A stretch of 64,000 nucleotides of DNA from a bacterium (GTDB taxonomy: Bacteria > Patescibacteriota > CPR2 > UBA1875 > JAJYID01). The DNA lies in assembly GCA_021787535.1 (NCBI GenBank), contig JAJYLR010000001.1, positions 211,648-275,647 on the forward strand. The letters are read 5' to 3'. The notes beneath the pieces were generated by a model. That model saw only the letters and a program-made list of their open reading frames with translations. It made no database searches and was not told the DNA's origin. Below, one piece after another: positions 1 through 7,525 of this stretch (the stretch's first letter is position 1; every line of letters begins with the position of its first letter). The position numbers and the translations under genes are program-made.

Positions 1-195
1 CGCTTAAAAGAGCTTGGCGAATCAAACTAGGGGTTGAGTGTGGATAATCCATTTCGCTTCTCATTATAATGTTTTTGTGCTATAATTTATCTCCCAAAAC
101 AAGGCAGCGGAGGGGTTTCGGCTGTTTTTGTTTTGGGTGTACGTTGTAACAATGCGACATAATCCAAAAATCCAAGATGGAAGTGAGGTGAAACG

Positions 196-1263
196 GTGGA
201 GTATACGGACAAAGAATTGCAGGCAAGAGAGATGCGCAAGTCGGATGAGAAGATCAAAGACATCATAACTGCAACGGACTTGTCTAAGGATCATATTAAG
301 GCTTGCACAAAAGACATCTGGGAGGCGAAACAAACAGAACGTTTAAGAAAGAAGCAAAAGGCCCAGGAACTTTTCAAACTCGGAGTTGCGAGAAAAGAAA
401 TTAGAGCTCAGCTTGAAATCGGCGAAAATGCTCTACGAAATTATCTTCGCGACTTCGTAGGACCTAAACTTGACTTTGATTCCTTGCGAGAAGAAGTCAG
501 AGAAGAGTTTGTAACGTTAGCGGAGAAGATTATGGCGGATCCGTCAGATCATCCTGGGACAAGTATTACTGCTGTAATTTCCAAGAAATTTCCAGAAGTA
601 TCCAAGGCCTTTATAAAAGATCATGTGAAAGATCTCTACAAAAGGCTTAAGTTTATAGACTGCAAAGAAGGAGATTGGACTGATCCCAAAACTGGCAAAA
701 GGTATGTCAACAAGCATTTTCTGGTAGAACACCTTGACTGGTGTGAAACGCAGGTATTCAAATGCTTGGCTAATGAGAGTGTAGGATATAAGGAATTCTA
801 CACTAACAGTAAAACAAGCCCTGTCAGCAGGTTTTATGGTTATGAGGAGCTGAAAGCTAAATCACCTCGGATCAGGGAGCGATTGGCAAAGATAGAGGAG
901 GTCACTGAAAAAATCTCTAGGGATGGTTCTCTAGAGAAGCTTCTCAAGACATACGAACCGCAACTGAAAGTTCTCTGCGTTATGCTGGATTGGCAAAACA
1001 GAGAGGGTTACTGGCCAAGTAACCGGCAGATTGCCGACTTTCTAGGTGAAACGGTAGGTGATGTAAAAAATCATGTAAATGGGCTTGTAAAAGCTGGTAT
1101 TATCACTGTGGAATGGGCATATAAGGGCGATGTGAAAAGTCAGAAGGTAGTAAAAGTTCATTCAGGACCTCCTTCGCTTATCACGGTACCAATAACTTGT
1201 CCTCATTGTGATCATGCTTTTCAAAGGGCCAGGGATTATGTTGAAAACGGGGCTGAGCCGTAG
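196..1263 (+). CDS. Hypothetical DNA-binding protein with HTH-like segments and a C-terminal CPHCDH zinc-finger-like motif
   Basis: 355 aa ORF with GTG start and GAGGTGA RBS at 185-191. HTH-like stretches GVARKEIRAQLEIGENALRNYL and NRQIADFLGETVGDVKNHVNGLVKAGII. CxxC...H near the C-terminus. Confidence 0.5.
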   Translation: MEYTDKELQAREMRKSDEKIKDIITATDLSKDHIKACTKDIWEAKQTERLRKKQKAQELFKLGVARKEIRAQLEIGENALRNYLRDFVGPKLDFDSLREEVREEFVTLAEKIMADPSDHPGTSITAVISKKFPEVSKAFIKDHVKDLYKRLKFIDCKEGDWTDPKTGKRYVNKHFLVEHLDWCETQVFKCLANESVGYKEFYTNSKTSPVSRFYGYEELKAKSPRIRERLAKIEEVTEKISRDGSLEKLLKTYEPQLKVLCVMLDWQNREGYWPSNRQIADFLGETVGDVKNHVNGLVKAGIITVEWAYKGDVKSQKVVKVHSGPPSLITVPITCPHCDHAFQRARDYVENGAEP

Positions 1264-1278
1264 AAATATTGGCGGTTC

Positions 1279-1312
1279 AGCCCCTAAGGGGCCAAAAAGA
1301 CCTCTTTTTTTT
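1279..1312 (+). terminator. Possible weak rho-independent terminator
   Basis: Hairpin gcccc-taa-ggggc followed by a distant T-run. Marginal. Confidence 0.3.
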
Positions 1313-1420
1313 GTTAAAAATGTTATTGACCGGGAGCTTGGCTTTTCTATAAAATTGAAAGGTATAATAAATTTTAAAACTTTCCAAAGTTTGTATACTT
1401 TGGGGGTGAAAGGAGGAGAG

Positions 1421-1600
1421 ATGATAGAAGACATGATCAACCAGATTGGTCCGGATGACGACGAAGAAGAAATGACTGAAGAAATGCCGGAAGAAGAAGC
1501 AACAGAAGAAACAAGTGAAGAAGGGGAAGAAAATACTGACGGCGGAGAAGAAGAAGGAGAAGGCGAAGAAGAAGCTGAGGAATCTGAAGAGGAAATGTAG
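1421..1600 (+). CDS. Small, extremely acidic (Glu/Asp-rich) protein of about 59 aa
   Basis: ATG at 1421 preceded by AGGAGGAGAG RBS at 1411-1420. Translation MIEDMINQIGPDDDEEE...EEAEESEEEM. Followed by a strong terminator. The longer ORF-track version (1208) has no RBS. Confidence 0.45.
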   Translation: MIEDMINQIGPDDDEEEMTEEMPEEEATEETSEEGEENTDGGEEEGEGEEEAEESEEEM

Positions 1601-1612
1601 TTTCTTAAAAAA

Positions 1613-1640
1613 AATGGTCCCTCTCGGGCCATTTTTTTTG
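1613..1640 (+). terminator. Rho-independent terminator
   Basis: atggtcc-ctctc-gggccat hairpin followed by T8. Confidence 0.7.
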
Positions 1641-1701
1641 TTATGTAAAACATATCCCTTTTTGCTATTTCATTTTAAGAATTTGTGATAAAATATGCCT
1701 T

Positions 1702-2139
1702 ATGCAAATTATACTGCGAAATTACAAGGACTCTGATTTTCAAGCTGTCAAACAAAATATTATAGACGGAGGCATTTTTGATCCTGTCCGAGATACCAGG
1801 GAAAATTTAAGAAAAAAAATTAAATATGATCCGGAATCCATTATCATCGCAGAAAAGGATGGTGAACTAGTCGGTAACGTTTTTTTCTTTGAAGACGGTT
1901 GGGCGGCCCACCTTTTCAGATTAGTGGTCAGAGAAGATTATCGCGGCAAGGGTGTGGCCCAAATGTTAATGAATGAAGCTGAAAGAAGATTAAGGGACAG
2001 GGGCATAAAACAGCAGATTATGTTTGTCAATGAAAAATCCCCTCGCTTAATCGAACACTACAAAAAACAAGGTTATAAGGCCATCGGAACATATAGATTT
2101 ATGAGAAAGGTATTTAATGGTGAAAATTATAACAGTTAA
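1702..2139 (+). CDS. GNAT family N-acetyltransferase
   Basis: 145 aa. Acetyl-CoA binding motif RGKGVAQMLMNEAERRLRDRG and C-terminal GYKAIGTYRF, typical of GNAT. Confidence 0.75.
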   Translation: MQIILRNYKDSDFQAVKQNIIDGGIFDPVRDTRENLRKKIKYDPESIIIAEKDGELVGNVFFFEDGWAAHLFRLVVREDYRGKGVAQMLMNEAERRLRDRGIKQQIMFVNEKSPRLIEHYKKQGYKAIGTYRFMRKVFNGENYNS

Positions 2140-2173
2140 GGAAAAATTAGATAATTATAATTAAAAGGATATT

Positions 2174-2608
2174 ATGGTAGAACCAAAATTATCAAAGTCT
2201 TCAAAAGGAGAACCAATGCATTTTTCTGTTGGTGCTCTTATCGAAAAAGATGGCAAATATCTACTGATAGATCGGATGAATCCTCCATTTGGATTTGCTG
2301 GTATAGGCGGACATGTGGACGAAGGTGAAGAGGACACTATTAAAGCTTTAAAAAGGGAGGTCAAAGAAGAGAGCGGACTTACAGCGACTAAGTGTACTCT
2401 GGTTTGTGAGGAAGAAATACCGGGCAACTTTTGTAAAAGAGGAATAAATACGCATTATTGGTATTTATATAAATGTGAAACGACTGGAGAGGTGGTTCAA
2501 AATACTAAGGAAACTAAGTCTATCGGTTGGTACTCACCGGCAGAAATGAAAAAACTAGAGCTTGAACCGGTTTGGGACTATTGGTTTAAAAAGTTAGAAA
2601 TTATATAA
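2174..2608 (+). CDS. NUDIX hydrolase
   Basis: Nudix box GGHVDEGEEDTIKALKREVKEESGL (GX5EX7REUXEEXGU). RBS AAGGA present. Confidence 0.8.
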   Translation: MVEPKLSKSSKGEPMHFSVGALIEKDGKYLLIDRMNPPFGFAGIGGHVDEGEEDTIKALKREVKEESGLTATKCTLVCEEEIPGNFCKRGINTHYWYLYKCETTGEVVQNTKETKSIGWYSPAEMKKLELEPVWDYWFKKLEII

Positions 2609-2765
2609 TGGCAAAATCGTTGTAACAAGTTACTGATATGGATATTTAGACTGAAAATTTTGATTTAATAGTTATAATATTGTAAAATATCTTATATTGA
2701 AGGGAGGAGAAATCCTCTTTTTTAAAAAGCACTTTCAAATCCTGCTACTTTAAAGGAGGCAGAAG

Positions 2766-3299
2766 ATGCCACACAAGATATCCGTTAGTTTATTAGAAAT
2801 CCTGAGCAAGGCACTCAATCCAAGCGGAAGAAAGGATGATATCGAAAAAACAGAGAAATTTTTGGAAGGTCGCCTGAAAGATCAAATGGTTTATGGTGAT
2901 GAACTCCATATCGCTGTCATATCAAATTTAATAAACTTTCGTTCTTTGGAAGGATTCAACAAGGACGAGATGACTTTCTCCTGGGGTTGGAACGAGCATT
3001 CGACGGATATCTGGCCTAGGAAAGGATGTATCATTCTCTGTAAAACGAGAGCTGTCGGAGATCCGAAGTGGATGCGCGGCATGCTGGAACCGTTTAAAAT
3101 TATCTCTCCGGAAGAATGGGAGACTGAGATTCAGAGACAGATTCCGAAAGCCAAAGCAAGGTGCCATGGAAAAGAGCTCTCAGACTGTGAGCTCAGGGAA
3201 GAGGCCAAGAAAATGGCGATAGCTGAGATCAACATGATGCACCACGGCTACGGCCAGATCATTCCGCTCTTTGTAGGTCCTTTTAAGGAAACGGATTAG
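2766..3299 (+). CDS. Hypothetical protein
   Basis: 177 aa ORF with AAAGGAGG RBS. No recognisable motif. Confidence 0.5.
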   Translation: MPHKISVSLLEILSKALNPSGRKDDIEKTEKFLEGRLKDQMVYGDELHIAVISNLINFRSLEGFNKDEMTFSWGWNEHSTDIWPRKGCIILCKTRAVGDPKWMRGMLEPFKIISPEEWETEIQRQIPKAKARCHGKELSDCELREEAKKMAIAEINMMHHGYGQIIPLFVGPFKETD

Positions 3300-3321
3300 T
3301 CATATCACCTCAAAATATCAA

Positions 3322-3349
3322 AAAGGGCGGCGCTTTCGCGCCGCCCTTT
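3322..3349. terminator. Bidirectional rho-independent terminator between convergent genes
   Basis: Perfect palindrome aaagggcggcgc-tttc-gcgccgcccttt. Confidence 0.8.
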
Positions 3350-3357
3350 AACATTAT

Positions 3358-3825
3358 CTACTTTCTTTCCTTTTCTCTCAAATCCCTTTGAATATCGCGT
3401 TTGATATCTTTTCTCTTGATTGTTTCGCGTTTGTCGTGGAGCTTTTTGCCTCGGCCGAGGCCGATCTCTACTTTTACGAAACCTCTTTTTAAATAAACTT
3501 TAGTTGGTACAAGGGTCAGACCTTGGGTTTTAGATTTGCCGATGAGCGACGAGATTTCCGACCTTTTCAGAAGCAGTTTACGCGATCTGGTTGGCTCTTG
3601 TTCTATATTTGCCGCCTGTTTATAGGGAGAAATATGGGCATTCGTTAAAAACACTTCCTCGCCTTTGACGGTGGCGAAGGATTCCTTGATCGAAATCTGG
3701 CCCGCTTTGACTGACTTGACTTCCGGACCGGTCAGGACGATGCCGGCTTCATAAGTTTCCAGGATTTCATAGTCAAATCGGGCTTTTTTGTTTGTCGCTA
3801 TCACTTTCATGTTGGACATATTCAT
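3358..3825 (-). CDS. smpB: SsrA-binding protein SmpB
   Basis: KVIATNKKARFDYEILETYEAGIVLTGPEVKS is a classic SmpB N-terminus. The start could also be one of the internal ATGs at 3819 or 3810. Confidence 0.85.
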   Translation of the reverse strand: MNMSNMKVIATNKKARFDYEILETYEAGIVLTGPEVKSVKAGQISIKESFATVKGEEVFLTNAHISPYKQAANIEQEPTRSRKLLLKRSEISSLIGKSKTQGLTLVPTKVYLKRGFVKVEIGLGRGKKLHDKRETIKRKDIKRDIQRDLREKERK

Positions 3826-3841
3826 ATTATACTATAATGTA

Positions 3842-3869
3842 TTGTCATCCTGAACTTGATTCAGGATCC
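3842..3869. repeat. Hairpin repeat, minus orientation (TGTCATCC-ctgaacttgattcagg-ATCC)
   Basis: Inverted-repeat motif of the GAATGACA family. Forms an inverted pair with the element at 3882-3912. Confidence 0.6.
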
Positions 3870-3881
3870 AGATTTATTTAT

Positions 3882-3912
3882 ATAGATTCCGGATCAAGTC
3901 CGGAATGACAAA
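3882..3912. repeat. Hairpin repeat, plus orientation (ATAGATTCC-ggatcaagtccgg-AATGACAAA)
   Basis: Matches copies at 31671, 32367, 43202 and 50788. Lies immediately upstream of the argS start. Confidence 0.65.
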
Positions 3913-3917
3913 AAATT

Positions 3918-5594
3918 ATGAACGATGAACTGAAAAAATCTATTTATGAAGCGGTAAAAGCTCAGCAAAAAAGTTGCGGGTGCAGTTTTGATATTCCTGA
4001 AATCGAAATCGAAAATCCGAAAGATCCGAAGTTTGGGGATTTATCGACTAATATTGCGATGAAGATAGGCAAGATGCAGGGAAAGAATCCGATGGCGATT
4101 GCCGAGAATTTGGTGAAAGGACTGGATTCCCGCCTTCGCGGGAATGACAAAAAAGGGGGCCAGAATGATAAATTGGGCGGAATGATCAAGAAAGTGGAAG
4201 CGGTGAAGCCGGGATTTATCAATTTTTATTTCAGCCTTGATTATTATCAGGGAAAAGTTAGGGAAATTTTATCAGCTGGTCGAAAATATGCCGATTTAAG
4301 TATTGGAAAAGGGCAGAAGGTGCAGGTTGAGTTTATTTCGGCAAATCCAACCGGACCGCTGACGCTGGCAAACGGGCGAGGAGGTTTTAGCGGTGATGTC
4401 CTTGCTAATGTTTTCAAAAAAGCCGGGTTTAAAACTGAACGGGAATATTATGTCAATGACGGCGGAAATCAGGTAAAGGTTCTCGGGGATTCTATTTTAG
4501 CCGCAGCAAAACTAGTTCCTAACAAAGAAGATAATTACCGTGGCGATTACATTGAGAAATGGGCAAAAGAACATTATGGTGAATGTGCAGAGCTAAAAGA
4601 TAATTCATTTGAACTTGGCAAGATTGCCGCAAAAGATATTTTAGAAACCTTAATTCAGCCGGTTATTGGGAAAATGGGAATCGAGTTTGACAGCTGGTTT
4701 AGTGAAAAAGAGATGACCGGACGGGGTGAGGTAGATGAGACAATTCAGTTTTTAAAAGATAATCATCTGACAAAGTCTGAAGACGATGCTCTTTGGATGA
4801 AGACCACTGAGTTTGGTGACGACAAAAATCGGGTTTTGGTAAAAAAAGACTGTGAAAAGACATATTTTGCAAATGATATTGCCTATCACTACGACAAATT
4901 CGCGAAAAGGAAATTCGACAAAGTGATTGACCTCTGGGGTGCCGACCATCACGGTTATGTCGGTCGGATGCAGGCGGCTGTTGAAGCGATGGGCTTTGCC
5001 GGAAAGCTGGATATAGTGATTTTCCAAATGGTTCGACTCATAAAGGATGGTAAGGAATACAAGATGTCCAAGCGAAAGGGTACTTATGTGACCATAGATG
5101 AATTATTTGATCTCATTGGCATCAAAGATGCCGCCGATGTCGTCCGTTTCTTCTTCATTTCTAAGGGATTTGACACGCATATGGACTTTGATCTTGATCT
5201 TGCCAAAGACACTTCCGAGAAAAACCCGGTTTATTATGTGAAATATGCATCAGCTAGAGTGAATGGTATTTTGCGCAATGCAAAAGAAGATTTCTCTGCA
5301 GTAAATCTGAAATTAATTAAAGAACCGGCGGAACTTGACCTAATTAAAAAACTGTCAGAGTTGCCGGAGCTGGTAGAGCAAGTCGCCACCGATAAAAAAT
5401 ATCCGGTGCACAAGTTTACCTATTACATTACGGAAGTTGCGGAGAAATTCCACAGGTTCTATCACGACTGCAGGGTGATTTCGGACGACGCGGAACTAAC
5501 CAAAGCCAGATTGGCGCTTGTTGCCGCCACAAAGAATGTCCTGGAAATAACGGGAGAAGACATTCTCGGTATTGACATGCCGGAGAGGATGTAA
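3918..5594 (+). CDS. argS: Arginine--tRNA ligase
   Basis: 558 aa. HHGYVGRMQAAVEAMG and KMSKRKGTYVTIDEL (KMSKS-type) motifs. GFINFYF N-terminal motif. Confidence 0.9.
   Translation: MNDELKKSIYEAVKAQQKSCGCSFDIPEIEIENPKDPKFGDLSTNIAMKIGKMQGKNPMAIAENLVKGLDSRLRGNDKKGGQNDKLGGMIKKVEAVKPGFINFYFSLDYYQGKVREILSAGRKYADLSIGKGQKVQVEFISANPTGPLTLANGRGGFSGDVLANVFKKAGFKTEREYYVNDGGNQVKVLGDSILAAAKLVPNKEDNYRGDYIEKWAKEHYGECAELKDNSFELGKIAAKDILETLIQPVIGKMGIEFDSWFSEKEMTGRGEVDETIQFLKDNHLTKSEDDALWMKTTEFGDDKNRVLVKKDCEKTYFANDIAYHYDKFAKRKFDKVIDLWGADHHGYVGRMQAAVEAMGFAGKLDIVIFQMVRLIKDGKEYKMSKRKGTYVTIDELFDLIGIKDAADVVRFFFISKGFDTHMDFDLDLAKDTSEKNPVYYVKYASARVNGILRNAKEDFSAVNLKLIKEPAELDLIKKLSELPELVEQVATDKKYPVHKFTYYITEVAEKFHRFYHDCRVISDDAELTKARLALVAATKNVLEITGEDILGIDMPERM
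4124..4155. repeat. Hairpin repeat inserted in frame within argS (GGATTCC-cgccttcgcgg-GAATGACAAA)
   Basis: Same motif as intergenic copies. Encodes DSRLRGNDKKG in the ArgS frame. Degenerate gccagaatgat and ggcggaatgat follow at about 4158-4190. Confidence 0.6.
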
Positions 5595-5630
5595 GATAAT
5601 TCAAAGTTCTTACATAATCATAAGGAGAAT

Positions 5631-6791
5631 ATGTCCTTCCAAAGAACAAAAAATATTAATCTATCTCCTATTAAACAAATTGAATTAAAGGCCTCTCAAA
5701 TACCAGATGTCATTTCTCTAGCACAAGGTATACCTTCTTTTGATACTCCTGAAGTCATTAAGAAAGCTGCTGTAAAAGCTTTGAGTCGAGGTGATGTGGC
5801 GAAGTACTCATTGACACTTGGTCTGCCTGACCTTAGAGAAACGGTTGAAGAGAAATTGGCAAAAGAGGGGATGCTGTATGATTTCCAAAGTGAAATATTA
5901 GTTACAGTTGGTTCAATTGAAGCAATCACCGCTTCGCTAATAAGTATGATTAGCAAGAATAAAGACGAAATACTGCTTTTTTCTCCTTGTTATACTTCTT
6001 ATCAGGAGGCAGTCAAGGTAGCTGGAGGAAAGCCGGTCTTTGTTAACTTGGATGAAGATCGAGATTGGCAGATCGATATTGATAACCTCAAGAAAAAAAT
6101 ATCTTCTAGGACAGCGGCTATTCTCTTTGCTAATCCAAATAACCCAACCGGCTCGGTTTTTCCAAAGAAAGATCTAATTGTTTTGGGAGATCTAGCGTTA
6201 AAACATGATTTCTTCATCATTCTCGATGAAGTATACAAGGATTTTATTTATGATAATCTTCACTTCTTCACTCTTGCCTCTATTTCAAAATTGAGAGAAA
6301 AGATTATAAGAACATTTAGCTTTTCAAAGGCCTACGCTATGACTGGTTGGCGTATAGGATTTTTACACTCCGATGAGGAAAACGTGAAAGAAATCGTCAA
6401 AGTTCATGATACAATGGTCACTTGCGCACCGGTAATTTCACAATATGCGGCAATTGGTGCCTTTGATTATGCAGAGAGAGAAATAGATGAATTTCGTAAA
6501 AAGTTCACATCCAGGCGAGAGCTTGCTTGCAGGCACTTAGATAAGTTATCTAATTTTTTCAGCTATCAAAAACCAAGCGGATCCTACTTTGTATTCCCTA
6601 AACTTTTAAATGAATCCGATTCTTGGAAGTTTACTCTGGACCTTTTGGAAAAAGCACATGTGGCGGTGGTTCCCGGTGTTGCCTTTAGTCCAAGCGGAGA
6701 AGGTTATATACGGATCAACTTTGGAAGAGAAGAAAAAGATATTACAGCAGCATTTAAAAGGATAGAAAAATATTTAAAAAACAAAAAATGA
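5631..6791 (+). CDS. Pyridoxal-phosphate-dependent class I/II aminotransferase (aspartate aminotransferase family)
   Basis: ANPNNPTGSVF and SFSKAYAMTGWRIGF (PLP-Lys region) motifs. RBS AAGGAGA. Confidence 0.8.
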   Translation: MSFQRTKNINLSPIKQIELKASQIPDVISLAQGIPSFDTPEVIKKAAVKALSRGDVAKYSLTLGLPDLRETVEEKLAKEGMLYDFQSEILVTVGSIEAITASLISMISKNKDEILLFSPCYTSYQEAVKVAGGKPVFVNLDEDRDWQIDIDNLKKKISSRTAAILFANPNNPTGSVFPKKDLIVLGDLALKHDFFIILDEVYKDFIYDNLHFFTLASISKLREKIIRTFSFSKAYAMTGWRIGFLHSDEENVKEIVKVHDTMVTCAPVISQYAAIGAFDYAEREIDEFRKKFTSRRELACRHLDKLSNFFSYQKPSGSYFVFPKLLNESDSWKFTLDLLEKAHVAVVPGVAFSPSGEGYIRINFGREEKDITAAFKRIEKYLKNKK

Positions 6792-7525
6792 AAAGGCAAT
6801 CATTGAAAACCATAGTGCAGCAAATACTGAAATGGCAGGCAAAAGCGTATATTCGAGTTAAAGGGCCGATTGTTATCATTGTCGCCGGAACAAATTCCAG
6901 ATATTGGATAAAAGAAAAGGTGTTAGAGGGATTGAAAGAAAAAGGGTGTGATGCAAGAGCTAATAGGAAAAATTTTAATGCTGAAATAGGGCTTCCGTTA
7001 TCAATCTTGGGCTTAGAATCAGGTGAGGGAGACTTTTATAAATGGAGGAAGACTCTTATACAAGGATTTAAGAGGATATTTCAAGGGGTGTCTCGCGAGT
7101 ATTTGGTTCTAGAAGCAGCTATCGACCGCCCTGATGACATGAAATATTTGCTTGGTATCACTAAACCTCAGGTAGTTATTTTGACAACCATTACTATGAT
7201 ATATCAAGAAAACTTTGATGATCTCGATAGCATAGCTCAAGAATATAGGACTTTGGTTGCAGCAATTCCTACGGGTGGAAAACTTATACTTAATCGTGAT
7301 GATGAAAGAATTGTAAAATTATCGAGATATTTTCAAGGCGTAGTGATCACATATGGCTTTCATCAAGAAGCTGATTTTAAAGCCACTGAGGTTAAAAAAG
7401 AAATCGATGGACAACTCTTTCTATTAAACTCAAAAAATAAAAGATTTACTAAAAAAATACCTCAATTTGGCAAACATCACGTTTATGCTGAACTAGTGAA
7501 AGAGATTGTGCAAGAGATTATTTAA
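6788..7525 (+). CDS. Truncated Mur ligase family protein (MurF-like N-terminal and central region) with a degenerate P-loop
   Basis: VIIVAGTNSRYW occupies the position of the Mur ligase GTNGKTT P-loop. NFNAEIGLPLSILGLE resembles the MurF NxNNxIGVPLTLL motif. Only 245 aa. ATGA overlap with the upstream aminotransferase stop. Confidence 0.45.
   Translation: MKRQSLKTIVQQILKWQAKAYIRVKGPIVIIVAGTNSRYWIKEKVLEGLKEKGCDARANRKNFNAEIGLPLSILGLESGEGDFYKWRKTLIQGFKRIFQGVSREYLVLEAAIDRPDDMKYLLGITKPQVVILTTITMIYQENFDDLDSIAQEYRTLVAAIPTGGKLILNRDDERIVKLSRYFQGVVITYGFHQEADFKATEVKKEIDGQLFLLNSKNKRFTKKIPQFGKHHVYAELVKEIVQEII

Noticed and set aside
64-333. 89-aa minus-strand ORF at the window start
   Set aside because: Overlaps the start and RBS of the 196-1263 gene, has no RBS of its own, and lies in an AT-rich leader.
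1162-1653. 163-aa Ser-rich minus-strand ORF
   Set aside because: Antisense to the acidic small gene and the 3' end of the first CDS. Low-complexity translation of a GAA/TTC-rich stretch.
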